DNA from: an uncultured Eubacteriales bacterium
Lineage (GTDB): Bacteria > Bacillota > Clostridia > Lachnospirales > CAMVHY01
Assembly (NCBI GenBank): GCA_948543815.1
Contig: CAOVHW010000001.1
Span: 138,413 to 202,412, forward strand
Direction: 5' to 3'
DNA: 64,000 nucleotides
In this document: positions 54,305 through 62,104 of the stretch, piece after piece
Numbering within the stretch: the stretch's first letter is position 1
Layout: each line of letters opens with the position of its first letter
Notes under the pieces: generated by a model
Seen by the model: only the letters and a program-made list of their open reading frames with translations
Databases searched by the model: none
Told to the model about the DNA's origin: nothing
Position numbers and translations under genes: made by a program

Positions 54305-54352
54305 CTGTTCTTTTTTTGAAAAAAAAGAACCAAAAAAACTTTAGCAAAAATA
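54305..54352. repeat. Intergenic element, copy F (H1 plus left linker only), followed by two GC-rich hairpins (54355-54400)
   Basis: GTTCTTTTTTTGAAAAAAAAGAACCAAAAAAACTTTAGCAAAAA matches the left half of copy A. Then CAAGGGA-TGAA-ATCCCTTG and TTGGG-TAGAG-CCCAA. Confidence 0.65.
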
Positions 54353-54406
54353 AATGGGTCAAGGGATGAAATCCCTTGCGGGTTTGGGTAGAGCCCAAGA
54401 GAAAAA

Positions 54407-56179
54407 TTATTTTAATTCATATTGACCGCTGCAAAGTTGATAGTAACGACCGTGTTCATTAATTAAATCATTATGACTACCGTGTTCAATTATTTCACCA
54501 TTTTCTATTACAAGAATAGTATTTGCATTTTTAATCGTAGATAATCGATGGGCAATGACAAAAGTTGTACACTTGCTCATTAATTTATTCATTCCGTTTT
54601 CAATTAATTCTTCAGTGCGTGTATCAACGGAACTTGTTGCTTCATCAAATATTAAAATTGCGGGTGAACTTACGGCCACACGCGCGATATTTAACAATTG
54701 TCGTTGGCCTTGACTTAAATTATTGCCATCTTCATGGATAACTGTATTATATCCATGCGGCAATCGTTTTATAAATGAATCAGCATTTGATAATTTTGCC
54801 GCTTCGATACATTCTTCATCAGTTGCATCTAATCGTCCATAGCGAATGTTTTCAATTATTGTTCCGTCAAACAAATGTGTATCTTGTAAAACCATTCCAA
54901 TTAGTGCACGAAGATTTTTTAACGAGAATTCTTTTATATTAATTCCATTGATTTCAATTGAGCCGTCAATTGTATCATAAAAGCGTGTGATTAAGTTTGC
55001 AATTGTAGTTTTACCGGCGCCGGTTGAACCGACAAGTGCAATTTTCTCACCGGGTTTCGCAGTGAATGAAATATTTTTAAGCACAATTTTATCTGGCAAA
55101 TATCCAAATGTAACGTTTGAAAATTTTACATCGTGTAAAATATTTTTGTCGAGCTCCACTTGACTCTCAATATTTTGATTTTCTTGTTGCTCATTCATGA
55201 TTTCAAAAATTCGTTCTGCGCCTGCTAATGCGGATTGAACCGTAGTAAATTGACTTGAAAGGTCGGCAACAGGTCGTGCAAATTGTCGCGCAAGTTGTAA
55301 AAATGATGTGAGGCGGCCAATCGTAAGTTGATTGAGTAAAATTAAAACCGCACCGATTGCTGTCGAGAGTGCATAATTTATATTATTTATGTTAAACATT
55401 ATTGGCATAATTATTCCTGAATAGATTTGAGATTTTGCAGCGGCGCTCCGATAATTTTCATTACACTCATCAAATTTTGCTTTGATATTTTTTTCGTAGC
55501 AAAAAGCTTTGACGACTTTTTGTCCTTCCATCGTTTCTTCAATAAATCCGTTTAAAATGCCAAGATTTTTTTGTTGGTCACGAAAACTTTGCCGACTCAT
55601 GTTTAATATCATTGACGAAGATTTCAACATTAATGGCAACATCAAACAAGTTACCAATACTAAAATTGGACTCAGATAAATCATTACGGCGAGTGTTCCG
55701 ATTAAAGTTATAAAACTTGAAATCAATTGCGGCAAACTATTATTTAATGCGTCGCTGATATTATCCATATCATTTGTGAAGCGGCTCATGATTTCGCCGT
55801 GCGCAATCGAATCAAAATATCTGATGGGCAAATATTTCATTCGTGCAAATAAATCTTTACGAATGCGATTGACAGTTTTTTGCGAAAGTTTTAGCGCCAA
55901 AAAATTATATGCGTAATTCGATATAACGCCAATAAGCGCAATAACAGCGAGAATGATTATATATTTTATCAATGTATTTATCGCTAGATCTTTAAAATTT
56001 TTCACCGCAACAAGTTCATCAATGAGTGGTGCAGTAATCATTGATGGAGCAAATGAAGCCAACGAATTTATAATGAGAAAGATGATGAAAGAAAACATTA
56101 ATTTTTTTTCAGTGCCAAGATATTTCAAAAGCATGTTAAAAGTATTTTTCATATCCTTAGGTTTTGAAAAATTTTTCAT
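54407..56179 (-). CDS. ABC exporter subunit (TMD-NBD), canonical ATPase site
   Basis: Walker A GSTGAGKTT, signature LSQGQRQ (degenerate), Walker B ILIFDEATSSVD, H-loop IAHRLS. GGAGGA SD before ATG 56179. Confidence 0.88.
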   Translation of the reverse strand: MKNFSKPKDMKNTFNMLLKYLGTEKKLMFSFIIFLIINSLASFAPSMITAPLIDELVAVKNFKDLAINTLIKYIIILAVIALIGVISNYAYNFLALKLSQKTVNRIRKDLFARMKYLPIRYFDSIAHGEIMSRFTNDMDNISDALNNSLPQLISSFITLIGTLAVMIYLSPILVLVTCLMLPLMLKSSSMILNMSRQSFRDQQKNLGILNGFIEETMEGQKVVKAFCYEKNIKAKFDECNENYRSAAAKSQIYSGIIMPIMFNINNINYALSTAIGAVLILLNQLTIGRLTSFLQLARQFARPVADLSSQFTTVQSALAGAERIFEIMNEQQENQNIESQVELDKNILHDVKFSNVTFGYLPDKIVLKNISFTAKPGEKIALVGSTGAGKTTIANLITRFYDTIDGSIEINGINIKEFSLKNLRALIGMVLQDTHLFDGTIIENIRYGRLDATDEECIEAAKLSNADSFIKRLPHGYNTVIHEDGNNLSQGQRQLLNIARVAVSSPAILIFDEATSSVDTRTEELIENGMNKLMSKCTTFVIAHRLSTIKNANTILVIENGEIIEHGSHNDLINEHGRYYQLCSGQYELK

Positions 56180-56193
56180 GACTTCACTTCCTC

Positions 56194-57927
56194 CTAATTT
56201 ATTGAACGATTTTGTGAGCGGCAAATAGATTGATAAATTTGATTTGAATTTAATAAATCGTGATGCGAGCCGCTTCCCACAATCTCACCGTTATCAAGTA
56301 CAATAATTTTGTCAGCATTTTTGATAGAACTAATTCGTTGCGCAATAATTATTTTTATTGTATCTTTTAAATCGTGGCGGAAACTCTCATAAATTTTAGC
56401 TTCAGTAGTTGAGTCAACAGCGCTCGTACTATCATCAAGTATCAAAATTTCCGGACATTTAATGATAGCGCGCGCGATACATAATCGTTGTTTTTGGCCG
56501 CCTGAAACATTTGCACCCATTTGACTTAATTGAGTTTGATATTTATCGGGGAAAGACATTATAAAATCATGAGCCTGTGCGGATTTACAAGCATTTATAA
56601 TTTCATCGTGTGTCGCATTTGTTTTACCCCAACGAATATTTTCTTCAATTGTTCCCGAAAATAAAATATTTTTTTGCATAACAAATCCGACAGAATTTCT
56701 TAGTGTTTCCAAATCATAATCATTGATATTTATATTGTTGATTAAAATTTCGCCGCTGGTAACGTTAAAAAATCTTGGAATAAGTTGAACGAGAGTTGAT
56801 TTGGCTGAACTTGTTGCGCCAATTATTGCAATAGTTTGGCCGCGTTCAGCAGTGAAATTTATATTTTTTAATGCGAATTCTTTTGCATTGATATCGTATT
56901 TGAAGCTAACGTTATGGAATTCGAGTGAATTTATATTTATTTTTTTAGTGATAGCGGAAATTTTATTAAATACGTCAGGTTTTTCATTTAAAACTTCTTT
57001 AATACGTTGAAGGGAAGCTTTTGAGCGGACAATTAATAAAAATACGAAAGAGAGAGTCATAATTGCGAAAAGAATGTTAAAAATATAAGTTATGAAGGCG
57101 ACGAGCTCACCAATTTCAATTTGTCCGATAATAAATTTATTACCGCCGAGCCACCATACTGATAATGTTGTCATATTTAAAAGGAAAATCATAATAGGCA
57201 TAATAAGAATAGCGAGACTAAAAGCGTTAATAGTTTTTTCCATTAATTCATCGGCAACTTTATCAAATTTATTTTGCTCGAAATCTTCACGTACAAATGA
57301 TTTTATAACGCGAATATTTGTCAAATCTTCCTGAACGGTAATATTAATTTTATCAAGCATAGTTTGCATATTTAAAAATCGTGGCATTGCTTTTGTCATT
57401 ACTAAATAAATTACTAATGCAAATATTGGGATTACGGCTAAAACAATAAGTGAGAGATTAGGGTCAATTAATATAATCATTGCAAAAGTAAAAATTAAAG
57501 TTACGGGCGCACGTAAAAACATTCTTAAAAACATCATAAATGTCATCTGTAAAGTATTTACGTCATTCGTTATCCTTGTTATTAATGATGATGATGAAAA
57601 TTTATCAATATTTGTAAATGAAAAATCTTGAATGTGCTTAAAAATTTCTTTACGTAATTCAAATGCAAATCCTTGTGAGGAAATCGCTGACGAATAAATA
57701 TTTGATATCCCCAGTCCCATTGCAATAAGTGCTAAAAAAATCATTAGTAATCCATAAGTTATAATGTATTTGAAATCTAAATTAGCGACTCCGATATCAA
57801 TTATATTTGACATAAGAGTTGGTTGAAGCATTTCAGCAATAACGGACAGAATTATTGTTATTATGGCTATAATTAAATGCTTGAGATGATTTTTGCTATA
57901 ATTCCAAAAAAAATTCATATCGCTCAC
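56194..57927 (-). CDS. ABC exporter subunit (TMD-NBD), degenerate ATPase site
   Basis: Walker A GATSSAKST, signature VSGGQKQ (canonical), Walker B ILILDDSTSAVD (Glu replaced by Asp), H-loop IAQRIS (His replaced by Gln). Confidence 0.88.
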   Translation of the reverse strand: MSDMNFFWNYSKNHLKHLIIAIITIILSVIAEMLQPTLMSNIIDIGVANLDFKYIITYGLLMIFLALIAMGLGISNIYSSAISSQGFAFELRKEIFKHIQDFSFTNIDKFSSSSLITRITNDVNTLQMTFMMFLRMFLRAPVTLIFTFAMIILIDPNLSLIVLAVIPIFALVIYLVMTKAMPRFLNMQTMLDKINITVQEDLTNIRVIKSFVREDFEQNKFDKVADELMEKTINAFSLAILIMPIMIFLLNMTTLSVWWLGGNKFIIGQIEIGELVAFITYIFNILFAIMTLSFVFLLIVRSKASLQRIKEVLNEKPDVFNKISAITKKININSLEFHNVSFKYDINAKEFALKNINFTAERGQTIAIIGATSSAKSTLVQLIPRFFNVTSGEILINNININDYDLETLRNSVGFVMQKNILFSGTIEENIRWGKTNATHDEIINACKSAQAHDFIMSFPDKYQTQLSQMGANVSGGQKQRLCIARAIIKCPEILILDDSTSAVDSTTEAKIYESFRHDLKDTIKIIIAQRISSIKNADKIIVLDNGEIVGSGSHHDLLNSNQIYQSICRSQNRSIN

Positions 57928-58144
57928 TCTCTTCTATAAATATTATCGCTTATAATAACTTATTTTTTTTTGCATTGCAATTTTTTCTTGAATATTTCAT
58001 TCCTATAACAAATATATTTGTTGAAAAAGTTTTAAACGTGTATTATTCTTTACATTGTGGTCATAAAAAATTTATAATTATTTGCCTTTGTGTAATGTTT
58101 TATGTATAATGTTCGTGAATAATTTAAAGTGAGGTTATATTTCG

Positions 58145-58831
58145 ATGAAAAAATTTCTTGTTCTTGTAGCTGATGACGAACAAAGTATTACCGATATAAT
58201 TGCGTTTAACTTACAAAAAGATAATCTTGATGTAATATGTGCATATGATGGTGAGCAGGCTTTAGAATTATTTAAGTCAAGTAGACCTGATTTAATTCTC
58301 CTCGATATTATGATGCCTAAAATGAATGGCTTTGATGTTTGTAAAAAAATTCGTGAATTCTCTCAAGTCCCGATTATTATGCTTACTGCTTGCGCTGAGG
58401 AATCCGATAAAGTTTTAGGTTTGGAACTTGGTGCTGATGATTATGTCACAAAACCTTTTAGCGTTAATGAATTAATGGCTAGAGTAAAAGCAAACCTTAG
58501 ACGTATTGAAAAAGATGTTGAACCTAAAATTGTTGAGTATGGTGGTTTGAAAATAGATTTTAATCGCTATGAAGTTTTTCGTGGCGACAAAATTATTTTA
58601 CTTACACCAAAAGAGTTTGATTTGCTAAAATTTATGGCAATGCATGCGAATAAAGTTTTTACACGTGAAGAATTATTGAGTAAAGTGTGGGGCTTTGAAT
58701 ATTTTGGGGACGCACGAACTGTTGACGTAACGGTTAGAAGATTACGGATGAAGATAGAGGAATTCCCAGATAATCCAGAATATATTTTAACGAGACGTGG
58801 AGTTGGCTATTACTTTTATCTTGATAAATAA
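58145..58831 (+). CDS. walR: OmpR-family response regulator, WalR/YycF-like
   Basis: VADDEQSI, DLILLDIMMPKMNG, IIMLTA, LGADDYVTKPFSVNELMARVKANLRR, and a winged-helix C-terminus (RRGVGYYF). Confidence 0.7.
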   Translation: MKKFLVLVADDEQSITDIIAFNLQKDNLDVICAYDGEQALELFKSSRPDLILLDIMMPKMNGFDVCKKIREFSQVPIIMLTACAEESDKVLGLELGADDYVTKPFSVNELMARVKANLRRIEKDVEPKIVEYGGLKIDFNRYEVFRGDKIILLTPKEFDLLKFMAMHANKVFTREELLSKVWGFEYFGDARTVDVTVRRLRMKIEEFPDNPEYILTRRGVGYYFYLDK

Positions 58832-58846
58832 TTGGTGATATAAAAA

Positions 58847-60601
58847 ATGAAGAGTATAAAAATAAAACTAATGTTTCTTTACTTGACATTAGTTTTTATT
58901 GTAATGATTATTATTGGTACATATATTTTGTCGTCACTAAAAAATTACGAGCAAACTAAAATTAATTCTGACATTATAAATTATGCAAATTACGTTGACG
59001 AACAAATTATAAATAATCTAAAGACGCCACAAAATTTTCAGCATGGCCTTGAAAATATTTTGTATAGTGCGAAAAATGATATGCAATGTAGCATATTAAA
59101 TTCGCGTGGCACAACAATTGCGTCAACTTCATTGCCATATGAAAATTTTAATAATCAATCGATAATTCAAGCAATGACGGGCGTAGAAAATTTTTCATAC
59201 CTCAAAGAAAAAAATGATGGAAAGATAAAAATTTGGTATAACTATGCACGGCCGTCAGAATTTTATCCTGATTCCTATATTATATTTATAAGAGTAAATT
59301 CAGCAGATTTTTTAGATAATATGTCAAAGATGACATTTACATTAATTCTTTCATTGCTATTAGCTTTGACATTAGCGGGCATAATTGGATTTTTATTTGC
59401 GGGAACGTTGACTGGACCAATAAGAAATTTAACAAAAAAGGCAAAGCAAATAGCTAATGGAAATTTTGAACAAAAAATAGTTATAAATAGTAATGATGAA
59501 ATTGGAGAACTGACGGAAAGTTTTAATTACATGACGCAACGGTTGAATAAAGCGATGCACGAGCTTACGATGGAAAATAATAAGCTCGAAATAATTTTGC
59601 AAAATATGAATGACGGCGTAATGTATTTTGATGCTGGTGGGAATTTAGTGCAATATAATTATGCGGCACAAAATTTATTTGATTTTCATATTGATAATTT
59701 GAATTTTGATGCGCTAGCAAAAAAATTAAATTTGAGTAACAATTTGGCGGCATATAAAAATAATATTAGGCAATCTAATGATGAATCGATTAATGTTAAT
59801 CAAAAATATTTGAATACAAATTTTATTCCGTATAAAAATAAAGGTAAGCTCGAAGGAATTTTAATTGTTATTCAAGATATTACTAAGCATAGGAAATTGG
59901 ACGATATGCGTAAAGAATTTGTTGCAAATGTTTCACATGAAATTCGTACGCCGCTAACAACAATAAAATCTTACACTGAAACACTTTTGAACGGTGCGAT
60001 TGACGATAAAAAAACAAGTATGAACTTTTTGACAACGATAAATAATGTAACTGATACAATGTCGCTTTTGGTAAAGGATTTGTTAGAACTTTCGCGTTTC
60101 GATAACAATCAAATGAAATTAGAATTTGCAACAATAAATTTGGTTGATACGATAAATAAAAGTATAGAGCAAAATAAAATTTTAGCGATAAATAAAAATC
60201 AGCAAATTAATTTTACACAGCATAATGAAATTTATCGCATAAGAGCTGATGCAAACAGAATTGTACAGGTCTTTTCAAATATAATTTCTAACGCGATAAA
60301 GTATAGTCCGGAGAATAAATCAATAGATATTAATATTGAGGAAACGGCGAAATATATACGCGTTTATGTAAAAGATTATGGATATGGAATTCCGAAAGAT
60401 GATTTGCACAATATCTTTGAAAGATTTTATCGCGTCGATAAAGCACGGTCGCGAATGATGGGTGGAACAGGACTCGGACTTGCTATCGCAAAAGAAATTA
60501 TTCATGCGCACGATGGGAAAATAGCGGCAAGCAGCAAATTAAATGTTGGGACAACTATGATTGTCAGATTTAAAAAAATGAGTGGCGATGGAAATGAATA
60601 A
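58847..60601 (+). CDS. walK: Sensor histidine kinase, WalK/YycG-like (TM-extracellular-TM-HAMP-PAS-HisKA-HATPase)
   Basis: Two TM helices. HAMP (LTGPIRNLTKKAKQIANGNF). H-box FVANVSHEIRTPLT. N-box NAIKYSP. DYGYGIP. GGTGLGLAIAKEI. Confidence 0.7.
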   Translation: MKSIKIKLMFLYLTLVFIVMIIIGTYILSSLKNYEQTKINSDIINYANYVDEQIINNLKTPQNFQHGLENILYSAKNDMQCSILNSRGTTIASTSLPYENFNNQSIIQAMTGVENFSYLKEKNDGKIKIWYNYARPSEFYPDSYIIFIRVNSADFLDNMSKMTFTLILSLLLALTLAGIIGFLFAGTLTGPIRNLTKKAKQIANGNFEQKIVINSNDEIGELTESFNYMTQRLNKAMHELTMENNKLEIILQNMNDGVMYFDAGGNLVQYNYAAQNLFDFHIDNLNFDALAKKLNLSNNLAAYKNNIRQSNDESINVNQKYLNTNFIPYKNKGKLEGILIVIQDITKHRKLDDMRKEFVANVSHEIRTPLTTIKSYTETLLNGAIDDKKTSMNFLTTINNVTDTMSLLVKDLLELSRFDNNQMKLEFATINLVDTINKSIEQNKILAINKNQQINFTQHNEIYRIRADANRIVQVFSNIISNAIKYSPENKSIDINIEETAKYIRVYVKDYGYGIPKDDLHNIFERFYRVDKARSRMMGGTGLGLAIAKEIIHAHDGKIAASSKLNVGTTMIVRFKKMSGDGNE

Positions 60602-61670
60602 GGTAAAGAATGTTTTAATAATTGTGCTCGCATTTGCTGCGATAATTCAAACAAATATATTGTGGTTAGAAAAAATTTCGCGCCACGATTTTTTTTATGG
60701 CATTAAAAATTGTGAAAAAAAAGTTTTACATTCATTAGCGGAAAATTTCCGTATGATTACAAAAGTTGGCGACAATTTTTCAATTATTTATAAGCCAAAT
60801 GAAGATGAAAAAAAAATTACCGATTTTGTAATTACAAAAGTTTTAGACGAAGGAAAATTTGTTGAGAGCCGCGAATTTAATTTTGAAGATGAATTGAGCC
60901 AAGCCGTTTGTGTTTATGATTATAGTTTTCAAATAAGTGCTGAAAATTTTTCTTATTGCTATGCAAAAAAATCTGGCAATATTTCACGTGTAAAAATGTT
61001 TGATAAAATATTTTTTTACGACAATGGTAAAGTTGCTTTTGCCAACACAACTGAAAATAAATTTTATCAATATCGATTGAAAGATAATTATAGTTTTGAA
61101 AATTTACCTGTTTCGTCAAATCTTTACGACAAAAATTTTATGCGGCAAAATATTTCAGAGTTGGAAATAATTAATCCATATGCGGAGAATGGCGAAATTT
61201 TAATGGATACGATAGCAAAAAAGTTGGATATATTTTTTAATAATTCCGCGACAAAAAATAGTGAGAACATCAATAATATTTTTACATTTTATAATGAATC
61301 GGCTTTGGTGAAGTATTTTCCATCAAATATTTTGGAATACACAAATTATGATACAGGCAATAAAAATTCTGATTTATTGTCAGATTATTTGACGGCAATT
61401 AATTTTATAAGTAAAGATGTTTTGATTACGAACGATTATATTTTGAAAAATTATGAAGAAAATGAAGATGAAAGTAAATTTTACTTCGATTATTTTGTTG
61501 ATAATGTGCCAATTGAAATTAAAAATGATTTTACAAATTTTATATGTGTAACCGTGCGCAATAACTCAGTCGTTAAATATAAAAAGTTTGTGTTTAATTT
61601 CATTCCAACACAAAATAATTTGTCAGGTTATTTTAGCAATTATATCTTCGATGGAAATTCATTATCATAA
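60594..61670 (+). CDS. Putative YycH-like regulator of the two-component system (N-terminal TM anchor)
   Basis: Position directly after the kinase with overlapping stop/start. N-terminus KVKNVLIIVLAFAAIIQTNILW resembles the YycH anchor. The assignment rests on context. Confidence 0.4.
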   Translation: MNKVKNVLIIVLAFAAIIQTNILWLEKISRHDFFYGIKNCEKKVLHSLAENFRMITKVGDNFSIIYKPNEDEKKITDFVITKVLDEGKFVESREFNFEDELSQAVCVYDYSFQISAENFSYCYAKKSGNISRVKMFDKIFFYDNGKVAFANTTENKFYQYRLKDNYSFENLPVSSNLYDKNFMRQNISELEIINPYAENGEILMDTIAKKLDIFFNNSATKNSENINNIFTFYNESALVKYFPSNILEYTNYDTGNKNSDLLSDYLTAINFISKDVLITNDYILKNYEENEDESKFYFDYFVDNVPIEIKNDFTNFICVTVRNNSVVKYKKFVFNFIPTQNNLSGYFSNYIFDGNSLS

Positions 61671-61839
61671 TAATTTTGGTAAATTTTTTTTGATGAAATC
61701 CTATTATTCCAATTTTGATAAATTTTATCCATAATGCCAAATTAATTATTCATTAAAATCTCTTTTTCGTGCAATAATATATTCCATAGAACCGATTTTT
61801 TTCGGTATCTATTTTATTTTTCAAGGAGGAGATTTTTTT

Positions 61840-62061
61840 ATGAATTCTAAACCTTTAGACTGGACCGCGCTTACTATTTTAATTATTGGCGCGATAAATT
61901 GGGGTTTGATCGGTTTCTTCCAATTCGATTTAATTGCCGCTATCTTTGGTGGCGTTACTTCATGGGTTAGCAGAATCCTTTACGCTATTGTCGGCATCGC
62001 CGGTATCTATTCCCTTTGTTTATTTAATAAAGTTGAAGAGGAAGAACTCGCTCATAGCTAA
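61840..62061 (+). CDS. DUF378 family small membrane protein
   Basis: LDWTALTILIIGAINWGLIGFFQFDLIAAIFGG is the DUF378 signature. AAGGAGG SD. Confidence 0.85.
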   Translation: MNSKPLDWTALTILIIGAINWGLIGFFQFDLIAAIFGGVTSWVSRILYAIVGIAGIYSLCLFNKVEEEELAHS

Positions 62062-62069
62062 ATATAAAT

Positions 62070-62104
62070 AAAAAAAACTTTGCACATTCTGCAAAGTTTT
62101 TTTT
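62070..62104. terminator. Bidirectional intrinsic terminator
   Basis: ACTTTGCA-CATTC-TGCAAAGT flanked by an A-run and a T-run, between convergent genes. Confidence 0.75.

Noticed and set aside
61700-61839. Possible riboswitch or attenuator upstream of the DUF378 gene (hairpin ATAGAACCGA-TTTTTTT-TCGGTATCTAT plus a T-run at ~61789-61825)
   Set aside because: The leader between the putative promoter (TTGATA...CATAAT) and the hairpin is only ~50 nt. It shows no conserved riboswitch core that I can recognise. It may be a simple terminator or attenuator, or noise.
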